Positions 33,221 through 45,300 of a stretch of 64,000 nt of DNA are shown one piece after another; the stretch's first letter is position 1; each line of letters opens with the position of its first letter. The position numbers and the translations under genes were made by a program. The DNA comes from Anthoceros angustus. Lineage: Eukaryota > Plantae > Anthocerotophyta. The stretch covers positions 1 through 64,000 of the forward strand of contig MU008203.1 of assembly GCA_010909165.1 (NCBI GenBank), given 5' to 3'. The notes below the pieces were generated by a model, which had not been told where the DNA came from, searched no databases, and worked only from the letters and a program-made list of their open reading frames with translations.

Positions 33221-34456
33221 TTATTGGATGGAAGACAGTATCAGCCTGTATTTGGTTGCTTTGAAGATGTTGGGCACAGGCACCACCCTCCATGACTGTT
33301 TGGGAATTTCATACAGCAGGATTCTCCATCGATGTCTTGGAAACTTGGTGTCTTTCATGACGTAAAACAGTCTGCCATTCTCTGCAAAACATCCGCATGA
33401 ATCGGAATGGTACCAGTGGTAGGAAGATTCCGGAATCCAGAGTGAGCCATCTTCGTGCTTGAGATGGGGAAATGTGGAGATTTGCTCCCACTGCTGTAAT
33501 GCAGTATTGAGCTTCAGCAGCAAAGGGGGACAATGGGAGCGCATCACGTTCATGTACAAGTGGCCTTCGCATTCCACCAGCTTACTCCATTCTGTTATCA
33601 AACCCCCTGGAATCCGCTTCACGTCCAGTGTGATATCCTTCCACATCTGTTTGTCAATGTCATAAGCAATAACGTCTGTTTTGGTTGGGGTTCTGTCCAT
33701 GCAGTAGAGAAACTTCCTATCCGTAGAGATTGTGGTTCTACAGCTTTCCCAGGCCCATGGTGGGTCATAGCAACGTGGAAATGGTACGTCCAACCATGAA
33801 CTGCTGGCGGAAGAAGAGTCGAACACGGACAGGACTCCCCTTTCGAAGAAGGCATTTGTTGCAAACACCTTGAACTCAGCATCTCCTGTTACCAACATCT
33901 GGAAAGAGTAGAAGCCAGGTCTGCCTTCCAAACTGGGCAGTTCTCTCCACCATTTTTTGTGAACGTTGAAGACGGTAAATGTGTAGGCTCCATAGGCGTG
34001 TGCTAGATTGTCATTTGGATGAATCCCTTTTGCATAACACATCACCCCTTGACTCCCAAATAATGGATACCTGTCACGCTTCTTGCCAGAATTCCTGGAC
34101 ATCTGTGCTGAAGGAGGGAAGAAGAGAGCTGGAAGCTTGTGCCATCTGTCCAATGTCGGATTGTATGCCAAACCCACCCTGACTCGACGGCCTTTCTTGT
34201 GCACAAAGAATGGAAAGCTGGGTGACGAGCATGCACTGTTGACAGGCTTGTGGGCCAATGACATTTCCCAAAAGCGGGAGGAGAAGATGAAGATGTTCCA
34301 GGCTTTGCACACCATGAGAGCTTGGGACAGGCTGGACAGAGGCAACGATGCCACCACTGATTCCCAGAATTCCTCTGGCAGAAATCCCCAGTCTCTCCTT
34401 TTAAGGGATTCATCTGAGTGAACACATGTGAGCACTCCATCATGCTTTCCTGCCAT
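33221..34456 (-). CDS. F-box protein (F-box/kelch-like C-terminus), intronless, 411 aa
   Basis: WGFLPEEFWESVVASLPLSSLSQALMVCKAWNIFIFS F-box, then AYNPTLDRWHKLP, VFNVHKKWWRELP and IAYDIDKQMW repeats. Confidence 0.88.
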   Translation of the reverse strand: MAGKHDGVLTCVHSDESLKRRDWGFLPEEFWESVVASLPLSSLSQALMVCKAWNIFIFSSRFWEMSLAHKPVNSACSSPSFPFFVHKKGRRVRVGLAYNPTLDRWHKLPALFFPPSAQMSRNSGKKRDRYPLFGSQGVMCYAKGIHPNDNLAHAYGAYTFTVFNVHKKWWRELPSLEGRPGFYSFQMLVTGDAEFKVFATNAFFERGVLSVFDSSSASSSWLDVPFPRCYDPPWAWESCRTTISTDRKFLYCMDRTPTKTDVIAYDIDKQMWKDITLDVKRIPGGLITEWSKLVECEGHLYMNVMRSHCPPLLLKLNTALQQWEQISTFPHLKHEDGSLWIPESSYHWYHSDSCGCFAENGRLFYVMKDTKFPRHRWRILLYEIPKQSWRVVPVPNIFKATKYRLILSSIQ

Positions 34457-35011
34457 CTTTCAGTTGTTATCTTCGCATTATCTGCTCCACCAAGTAGGCA
34501 AGTATAACCTGGCCTTCGTCAGCAATGCCTTCCGTCTCTCTTCCTGGAAAACAGTTATTTTGGTCAGTTAGGGTGAAAAGACATCCGAGACGATGCACCT
34601 TCTTCAATTACTAACGTCACCAGATTCAACTTCATTTTCCCTCCACGTGCTGCCCAGGAAGCAGAACAGGTGAGGGTGCGGCCTAGCAATCTGATGCAAC
34701 GGGATTGCACTTTGTCCGTCACACGAGTGTCTGAGTGCTGAGGTGTAAGTTCATAGTTCAGCCATTGAAATCAATTTGGATATTATAAAAACAAACATTA
34801 CATTCCAGCGTTATTGCTGGTTTTGTGCCCGCATGCTTCCACTCAAAAAATTGCCTCCTCCTGTCTACACTAGGTAGTTATCAGGCCTGTTCCTCTTCAC
34901 CATCTTTACTACTGTGGGGCAATGTCATAAAAATCAGAATGCCTCGTGTTGCAGGGCAGTTATGCTTTCATGAAAAGCAACCGTGTTCCGCCACAGCAAT
35001 TGATTACAGGT

Positions 35012-36371
35012 TTAGGAGGCAAGCCTTTTCATGATTTGGTCGAACGTGGTGAACATAATCATGCTGGACGGGGCAACCCACAGCATTCTTGATGTTGCAC
35101 CTCTAGTGAAACCCTGCCAACCTTCCTGCCTCCAAATCGACCTCGCAGCATCTAAAGCTCCGTCGTACTTCGTGCTACTGGATACATTGCTTTTTCCTTG
35201 CACCTGTAACCTTGTCTTGACAATATCCTGCAGACATTCATATTCAGCTCTCTTCAATATTTTTCCAGCACAAGATGAACCTGGTGGTTGTGTTTGTTTG
35301 TGAAAGCTTGAAAAATCTGGAAAAAAATAATCTTCGCGCTGCAGCCAGCTACAGGGGCTTACCATGGGGTTGGTGACTCCAGCAGAAAATGCAGCACTGC
35401 AGAATGAGCTAGCAAGTTCCCACCGTATATCAAGCTTTGACACAGATTCTGCTCCTGAGTACCATACGGAGAACCTCTTCGTTGCCTCCCAGAGAGGAAA
35501 GTAGATTGCATTGTAAGGCCCCCAAACCATTTGAGCGAGAAAGAAGCCTCTGTACAGAGCCCCCAAACCCTCTTGCCGGTAGATGCTTGTGACAGCATGC
35601 AGAGAGCCCTGCGAAGCCCAATGTCAGACATTCTACTAGTTGTCAAACATACAAGAGTCGGAAAGGAGTATTGCCCGCCTACAACAGGCAGTTGCTCATC
35701 CGGATTAAGGGAAGGAAAGATATACCGTGTACGCTCCGGCTCCAGTAGTTTGGACCATTTGCCGTTGTCGAATAATCTCAACAGGCACCATAAATATAGA
35801 CTGAACAAGTGTAGCTATCAAACCTCCAGAGAAGTGGACCAGCGGATTTTCCTCCCCTCCTGCAGATAGAAGCCAAAGAACATGAGCATCCCAAGAGGAA
35901 AGCTGGCCAAACAGAAAAGACAAGACACCCCAGAACGCGAACCACCAAAGTACCTGGAAGAAACTTCTTGACCGTTTGGTAGGTCCCCATGTATACACCC
36001 TGTCCTGGAGCCGTCAGCGCCACAGTTCCATAGCCTTTGTACAGAGTCTTGATTCCTTCTTTCGCAGCTATAGTTTGAATGGCATCCAAAGGACCTCTGT
36101 ACATGTACAATGCTTTGCCTCCCCCTCCTCCTTGAACCTGAAAGAGGAATGTGATCAGTCTAGGGGGGGCCAGCGAAGAACCAAAACAAAACTCCGAGCA
36201 GCCCCCGCACGCATTGCACATGCAGCCACTAACCTGCATCCGAGACTTGACAGTCATCATAGGAAACATAGTCCCATCAGCAAGCATCCCTGCAAGCCCC
36301 GCAGCACACATTTGCTTCAGCAGCCTCCGGCCCGAGCCATCTCTGCCTTCCTCATGCTCGCTTCCGGTCAT
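35012..36371 (-). CDS. Mitochondrial carrier family (SLC25) protein, multi-exon
   Basis: Three carrier repeats with Px[DE]xx[KR]x[RK]-like signatures (FPMMTVKSRMQ, VPVEIIRQRQM, NPMDIVKTRLQ) and [DE]GxxGxxxG-like motifs (KEGIKTLYKGY, QEGWQGFTRG). Confidence 0.9.
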
Positions 36372-39300
36372 TGCTGAGCTGAATTACACCTTATCCGAAG
36401 GAGCTAAATTTGCTGAAAGAACCGAATCTAGCAACACCGAACCCGCGCTTCAACACAGCTAGAAATTCTCCTCTGAGCAGCAGATCAATCGACGCTGCCT
36501 CGGATTCAGCTGACGGAGACCCTTAGCCAGCGAATGCGAAGGTGTCAAGCAACGCAGGCTTGTAAAACCCCGAAATCAAGGAGGCAGTGCGAAGACTTTT
36601 GTTCTTCGATCGAAACACGCTGTTTCCTCCAAACCAGAAGAATCCACGACCTCAGCAGCTCCTGCGATCACGCGCTCCTGCCCTTCGGTTCGACCTAAAC
36701 GTCGTCTGCCTCTCAGGTACCAGATCTGGAGCTTGGAAACCTGCCAAATGGAGCTGCGATGAGCCAGTACCCCAGGCAAGGAATGCGGAATGCAATGCGC
36801 AGCCGTGGGCTCTTGAAGAGCACGAAATAATGGGTGCCATGATGTTGCTGCTATGGGAGTATCAGTCCTTGGAGCCATTGGCGGCTGATACCGGCTGTCC
36901 AGAGGCTCCTGCTTGCACAAGTGTCATGGAGGCGGCTACCCAAATGACCCGCGACCACCGGCCTACACAGTACCCAGCCTATAAAGCCTGGGTTCCGAAG
37001 ACACACCAGATGCGGAAGAAGAGGAACTTCTAGGGCTGGTGGAGGAATGTGTACGTGGCCGCTGCATACATGTCGACAAGTGCCCCAGGCGATGACCGGA
37101 ACAGATCAAGGGCCAGCTGGCTGATTCTGTGCTACGTCGAGCCGGTAACAAGTGGGCAAGTTTTGATTCGACACCTGTGGATATTGTCAGGTCCCGGCAG
37201 CATTAATTACGACCAAAGACCATATGTACAGTGGCACGTTGTGCGGTGACGACCTAGGTACAGTACTAGGTACTCTCCAACAGCCTCTTTGAAGGGCTAA
37301 ATGGTAATTGATAATTTAGACATTTTATAAATTTAATCACATATTTCAAGAAGTTAAATCTTCTTAATTTATTGACATATAGGGCAGAGATTCTTTAGCG
37401 TTTCTTGCAGCATTTCTATGTAGTTATGATATCCGTGCTAATGTAGTAGGTATTGTAAGCCAGGTATGGGGACTTGGGTAGCTGGGTATGATAATTCCCT
37501 CTATGCTATTCCAGAACAATCTTATTTTCAGAGTAACCTTTAATGCTCATTAATCATATTTTATTAGTCAATCCTTGGCCTTTGAAAATCAGACCTTCTA
37601 TAATGTCTTTGATTGACCCTATCATATGTACTGAAGATTTAAACCAAAATACAAATCAAAATTTATCCTTGGCCTTTGAAAAGTAGTCTTCTTTGATTTT
37701 GAGTCCTTGGTCTTTGAATGTCCCTGCACTACGGACGACCATAAATGTGCCACCAGCCACACTAATTAGTTATCAAACAAGCTCAACCTTTTGACGACCC
37801 TTGGTGCATTTCCGCTGAGTAGCTAGTGACTTTTCAAGCGTGAAGTTACAACATTTTGTTTTGGTGACAATGGTGTCTGTGAAAAGGTTTTGAAGAATTT
37901 GATGAGGAAATCAAGCCCGATTTCCAAAGAGGATTCATCGCAATTGTTTCACCGTTAGTATCCGTTACGACGGATAAAACTTGTGTTTCTATTGCGAGAC
38001 GGATAACATTTCCGTTCTGTTGCTCATATGTCCGTAGCTTGTTCACCATGCTTCTTAAAACTTCGTAGAGATATCCTTTATCAATCATAAGATGTCGATA
38101 AGGAGGTTATGAAAACACTTGACATGGAGCACCGTGAGAAAATGCTTGTGGGGCTTCTATCGCCTCAACTATTATGGTGCATTTTAGAGTGGAAACCATA
38201 ACATGCATCGGTTGCAACCTTAACATGCATCGGTTGCAACCTAAGAATTCTTCAAGCACGCTTTCAAGAAGATCACGTCGGAGGTTACCTTCTTGTAAGA
38301 TCATTTGATGAGCGAAAGAGGAGCACAAGTTACACAATCATATTCTTGAATTGGTGGAGAAAGGAATTCTTCAATTTTTGAAATGGATGATCACACTTGC
38401 AAAAGGAATGTAAATGCAAGATCATATTCATTAATTTATTTTAGCGATGATATATTCATTTTATTCTCTTTCCTACTTCATGTTTTGAAATGTTTGCAAA
38501 CCATCATTATGTTACCGAGATCATTTAACTCACACTGCTTTCGTCGTCACCTTCGTAACCGCAATTTACAGCACTGGCACGGATCTCCATCGTAACACGG
38601 CCCCTAGAAGATCTAAATCTGCCTTTGCTTCAATCTGACAAATGTTGCACTTCGATCTGGGAAGGCCTGCCATTCAACGCGCTCTCCTTAAGTTATGGGC
38701 TATTGAGCTCCAAGAAGTCTCTGGAGGCGCGAGTGGATGCCTGAGCCAGTGAATTTTTAGGGCTCGTCTTGAGATACTTGGGAAAGATGATGCGGATGAG
38801 AAACACCAAGGCAAAAAGCGAAGCGGAGCAGAACCCGGTGATTTTGGTACAAGCGGCCGAGAGTCTACCATGCCAATTTTCTCAACGCTTGGATCTATTG
38901 GGTGTCGTTTCTAGTTGCGTCTTCTAGAAGCACATATCGCTCCATAATGAAATGCTGGTAAGTAGCTTCTAGACAAGGTTTTAGTATAGTTAATTAGCAA
39001 TATTCTAGGAAAGTGATAAAATAGAAATAGTGATAATATAGAAGAAAATAGAAAGAGTGATAATATAGAAGTTGCCATGGGTGCCCTAGTCTATATATGT
39101 CCTATATAGGCCTAATACTCACACATATATTATGTATCTTGTGTTGGGTTTTCTATGTTATCTTAGGTTATAATTATTCTAAAGTAGGTATTTGTTTTCA
39201 TATCTTTGTGTTTGGCCTCTAAAGTTGTCTTTGTGCACCTTGTGAACACGAAGCAGTGGTACAAGAATAATAAGGCGTTAAAGAATTTTAGAGTATTACC

Positions 39301-42300
39301 GAAATCGTCACACACCATCCAAGAAAAACACATAGCTTGATTAGAGAAAGCTCTAAGGAAAAGAAATGGCTGCTCAATGACTTCATCTAGCATAAATACA
39401 CGTGGTGACAAGAGGAGGTTTAACGGGTCCGAAAATACCAATGATAATAGGAAAACGCGTTACCACGTAAAAAGATTCAACGACCAAGTTCAAAAGGAAA
39501 TCGAGATTCACATGGTCAAGCTCCTCAACTACTTCAAACTCGAAACCCCAATTGCTTACGTTCATATACTTTGAGTTCTATCCTGCATATGTCATTCCAC
39601 AAACCTCCTCTACATCACAAGACGCGGTCCGCCACACAACAATTTTGGACATAATATCAACCATACTTCAAAATTTTACGATGGGAACGATATCAAAATT
39701 CCAATCTTGTTCAAGGATGCCCTCGGGCATATTTTGAAAATTATGGGCAAATGACTAATACGAGGGTCTCATCACCTACTTCTCGTGTTGGATCCAACCA
39801 TGTTCAAGGATATCCACGTGCACATGTTCAAGGTCATGCGAAAATGATTAATACTACTAGGGCTGCATTTTATGATGCGAACAATATTCAAACTCAATCA
39901 TGTTCAAGGATGCCCTCCGCATATTATGAAGATGATGTTAAAATGACTAATACTAGGGTCCCATCACCTAGTTCTCGTGTTGGATTTGATCGTGGTCAAG
40001 GATATCCTCCGCACATATCCAAGGTTATGTGGAAATGACTAATACTACGGTCTCACCGTGTTTTCCGAGAGATGATGTAGGGATTACTAGAAGCCATAGG
40101 AAAATAAAGACTACAAGAAAAATAGTATGGTATTTGCGCCAACAGCCCGTCCTTATGCGGAAAAAGTTGCTAGCATGCAATCATTGTACGTCGAGGAAAT
40201 GCTTCAATTGATGGAAACAATTACGACAACAACATAGCTGGAAAAACGAGATACTACGTGCGAAATAGCCGATGAATTGGCTCAACGTCAAAGTGTCCCA
40301 TCAATTATTTCCAAACTAGGCAATGCTACACCTATAATTTTAATGAGATCAAGGCCTCATTTGATCGCAAAAGCGAAGAGGAAAAATTGGAAAAATGGAA
40401 AGTGCTTGCATATGGACTTGATGAATGGAACAATTTCTTGCAATAAGCAATTTACCTAAGCCAAGTCCTTCATATGACAACTGGATCAACATCGACATTA
40501 TGTGAAAGAAATACGAAATTGGATGGATAGATCAAATGTTATTGCACAAGACGATGTCCCACAAAATGTTGCCCCACAAGAAACTACAATAAAAGAAGGA
40601 GTATAAAATCAAGATTTATGTGAAAACAATGTCGACCACACTCCAAAATTTTATGATAGGAAGCCTGGATATAAAAACCCCAATCATATTGAAGGATGCC
40701 CTACGGCATATGTTGAAAGTTATGCGAAAATTCCTAATACAAGGGTCCCATCACCTAGTTCCGTGTTGGATCCAATCATGGTCAAGAGTATCCTCCGAAG
40801 GTTATTCAAAAATTCCTAATACAAGGGTCACTAATACAAACACGAAAAGCAATATGGTAATGGTAACAACCCGTCCTTCTCTAGAAAATCCTAGTACCAT
40901 GCAACCATTGCATGACGCAGAAAATAAAATGCTTCAATTCATGAAAACAATGAGGACAACATAGGAGAAATAATGAGACAATGCTTGCTGAAACAGCTAA
41001 TGAAATGGCGCAAATGTGTCAAAGTCCCATCAATCATTTCCAAATAAGAGAAAGCTACACCATTAATCTATCTTTAATGCAATCGATTGCCTCATTTGAT
41101 CAAAAACGAAGAGGAGAATTTGGGAAAATGAAAAGTGCTTGGATATAGACGTCAAATCTGAAAGAAACAATTTCTTGCACTAAGAAGTTTACTTAAGCCA
41201 AGTCCTTCATGTGACAACAATTTGGATCAACAACAACATTACGTGAAAACAAATATAAAATTTGATAGATAAATCAATGTGATTGCACAAGACGATGTCT
41301 CACAAAATGTTGCCGCAAACTTATGATAAAAGGACGAGTAAAAATCTACATGAAAATTAGGGCCCATATCAAAATTTAGTAATTCCTTCTAGTGCTATGC
41401 TATTTGAGAACAATCTTATTTTCATAGTAACCTTTAAATATGATTAGTTAGATGTTATTAATCAATCCTTGGCCTTTGAAAATCGACCTTCTATAATGTC
41501 TTTGATTGACCCTACCATATGTCAAGATTTAAACCAAAATACAAATCAAAATTTTATCCTTGGCCTTTGAAAAGTAGTCTTCTTTGATTTTGAGTCCTTG
41601 GTCTTTGAATCTCTCGCCTGACGACTATAAATGTGCCACCAGCCACACTAATTAGTTATCAAACAAGCTCAACCTTTTGACGACCCTTGGTGCATTTCAG
41701 AGTAGCTAGTGACTTTTCAAGCGTGAAGTTACAACATTTTGTTTTGGTGACAATGGTGTCTGTGAAAAGGTTTTGAAGAATTTGATGAGGAAATCAAGCC
41801 CGATTTCCAAAGAGGATTCATCGCAATTGTTCACCGTTAGTATCCGCTTGCAGGATAAAACTTGTGTTTCTATTGCGAGAGACGGATAACATTTCCGTTC
41901 TGCTCATATGTCCCGTAGCTTGTTCACCATGCTTCTTAAAACTTGAGAGATATCCTTTATCAATCATAAGATGTCGATAAGGAGGTTATGAAAACACTTG
42001 ACATGGAGCACCGTGAGAAAATGCTTGTGGGGCTTCTATCGCCTCAACTATTATGGTGCATTTTAGAGTGGAAACCATGCATCGGTTGCAACCTTAACAT
42101 GCATCGGTTGCAACCTAAGAATTCTTCAACGCTTTCAAGAAGATCACGTCGGAGGTTACCTTCTTGTAAGATCATTTGATGAGCGTAAAGAGGAGCACAA
42201 GTTACACAATCATATTCTTGAATTGGTGGAGAAAGGAATTCTTCAATTTTTGAAATGGATGATCACACTTGCAAAAGGAATGTAAATGCAAGATCATATT

Positions 42301-45300
42301 CATTAATTTATTTTAGCAGTGATATATTCATTTTATTCTCTTTCCTACTTCATGTTTTGAAATGTTTGCAAACCATCATTATGTTACCGAGATCATTTAA
42401 CTCACTCGGCGCTGCTTTCTCGTCGTCCACCTTCAGCAATTTACAGACACGGATCTCCATCGTAACACGGCCCCTAGAAGATCTAAATCGCCTTTGCTTC
42501 AATCGACAAATGTTGCACTTGATCCGGGAAGGCACGCCATTCAACGCGCTCTCCTTAAGATATGGGCTATTGAGCTCCAAGAAGTCTCGAGGCGCGAGTG
42601 GATGCCCGAGCTGAATTTTTGGGGCTCGTCTTGAAATACTTGGGAAAGATGGTGCGGATGAGAAACACCAAGGGCAGCGAGCGGAGCAACCGTGATTTTG
42701 GTACAAGCGGCGAGTCTACCATGCCAATTTTTCACAACGCTTGGATCTATTGGGTGTCGTTTCTAGTTGCGTCTTCTAGAAGCCGATAACCGCTCCATAA
42801 TGAAATGCTGGTAAGTAGCTTCTAGACAAGGTTTTAGTATAGTTAATTAGCAATATTCTAGGAAAGTGATAAAATAGAAATAGTGATAATATAGAAGAAA
42901 ATAGAAAGAGTGATAATATAGAAGTTGCCATGGGTGCCCTAGTCTATATATGTCCTATATATATACTCACACATATATTATGTATCTTGTGTTGGGTTTT
43001 CTATGTTATCTTAGGTTATAATTATTCTAAAGTAGGTATTTGTTTTCATATCTTTGTGTTTGGCCTCTAAAGTTGTCTGTGTGCACCTTGTGAACACGAA
43101 CGGTGGTACAAGAATAACCGAGGCGTTAAAGAATTTTTGAGACAAATCACACACCATCCAAGAAAAACACATAGCTTGATTAGAGAAAGCTCTAAGGAAA
43201 AGAAATGGCTGCTCAGACTTCATCTAGCATAAATACACGTGGTGACAAGAGGAGGTTTAACGGTCCGAAAATACCAATGATAATAGGAAAAAGCGTTACC
43301 ACGTAAAAAGATTCAACGACCAAGTTCAAAAGGAAATCGAGATTCACATGGTCAAGCTCCTCAACTACTTGAACTCGAAACCCCAACTGCTTACTGCTCA
43401 TCCGCTTATACTTTGAGTTCTATCCTGCATATGTCATTCCACAAACCTCCTCTACATCACAAGACGCGGTCCGCCACACAACAATTTTGGACATAATATC
43501 AACCATACTTCAAAATTTTACGATGGGAACGATATCAAAATTCCAATCTTGTTCAAGGATGCCCTCGGGCATATTTTGAAAATTATGGGCAAATGACTAA
43601 TACGAGGGTCTCATCACCTACTTCTCGTGTTGGATCCAACCATGTTCAAGGATATCCACGTGCACATGTTCAAGGTCATGCGAAAATGATTAATACTACT
43701 AGGGCTGCATTTTATGATGCGAACAATATTCAAACTCCAATCATGTTCAAGGATGCCCTCCGCATATTATGAAGATGATGTTAAAATGACTAATACTAGG
43801 GTCCCATCACCTAGTTCTCGTGTTGGATTTGATCGTGGTCAAGGATATCCTCGCACATATCCAAGGTTATGTGGAAATGACTAATACTACGGTCTCGCCA
43901 CCGTGTTTTCGAGGCGAGATGATGTAGGGATTACTAGAAGCCATAGGAAAATAAAGACTACAAGAAAAATAGTATGGTATTTGCGCCAACAGCCCGTCCT
44001 TATGCGGAAAAAGCTGCTAGCATGCAATCATTGTACGTCGTAGGAAATGCTTCAATTGATGGAAACAATTACGACAACAACATAGCTGGAAAAAGCGAGA
44101 TACTACGTGCGAAATAGCCGATGAATTGGCTCAAGCTAATCAAAGTGTCCCATCAATTATTTCCAAACTAGGCAATGCTACACCTATAATTTTAATGAGA
44201 TCAAGGCCTCATTTGATCGCAAAAGCGAAGAGGAAAAATTGGAAAAATGGAAAGTGCTTGCATATGGACTTCAAGTACGAATGGAACAATTTCTTGCAAT
44301 AAGCAATTTACCTAAGCCAAGTCCTTCATATGACAACAACTGGATCAACATCGACATTATGTGAAAGAAAATCGAAATTGGATGGATAGATCAAATGTTA
44401 TTGCACAAGACGATGTCCCACAAAATGTTGCCCCACAAGAAACTACAATAAAAGAAGGAGTATAAAATCAAGATTTATGTGAAAACAATGTCGACCACAC
44501 TCCAAAATTTTATGATAGGAAGCCTGGATATAAAAACCCCAATCATATTGAAGGATGCCCTACGGCATATGTTGAAAGTTATGCGAAAATTCCTAATACA
44601 AGGGTCCCATCACCTAGTTCCGTGTTGGATCCAATCATGGTCAAGAGTATCCTCCGAAGGTTATTCAAAATTCCTAATACAAGGGTCACTAATACAAACA
44701 CGAAAAGCAATATGGTAATGGTAACAACCCGTCCTTCTCTAGAAAATCCTAGTACCATGCAACCATTGCATGGCAGAAAAATAAAATGCTTCAATTCATG
44801 AAAACAATGAGGACAACATAGGAGAAATAATGAGACAATGCTTGCTGAAACAGCTAATGAAATGGCGCAAATGTGTCAAACTGTCCCATCAATCATTTCC
44901 AAATAAGAGAAAGCTACACCATTAATCTATCTTTAATGCAATCGATTGCCTCATTTGAAAGCGAAGAGGAGAATTTGGGAAAATGAAAAGTGCTTGGATA
45001 TAGACGTCAAATCTGAAAGAAACAATTTCTTGCACTAAGAAGTTTACTTAAGCCAAGTCCTTCATGTGACAACAAGGATCAACAACAACATTACGTGAAA
45101 CAAATATAAAATTTGATAGATAAATCAATGTGATTGCACAAGACGATGTCTCACAAAATGTTGCCACGCTTATGATAAAAGGACGAGTAAAAATCACAAT
45201 CTACATGAAAATTAGGGCCCATATCAAATTTAGTAATTCCTTCTAGTGCTATGCTATTTGAGAACAATCTTATTTTCATAGTAACCTTTAAATATGATTA

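Noticed and set aside
36576-37249. Several 60-150 aa ORFs upstream of the carrier gene
   Set aside because: No motifs or splice pattern; consistent with chance ORFs in GC-rich intergenic DNA.
39280-39310. TAGTATTAC-like nonanucleotide suggesting a circular ssDNA virus concatemer
   Set aside because: The motif differs among copies (gagtattac, tagtattaa, tattattaa), the flanking stem is only ~4 bp, and no Rep motifs (FLTY, HUH, YxxK, Walker A) were found in order.
41370-41400. CTAG at the unit junction as a Helitron 3' end
   Set aside because: It is not followed by TC, there is no GC-rich subterminal hairpin, and homology at the left array boundary starts before the CTAG.
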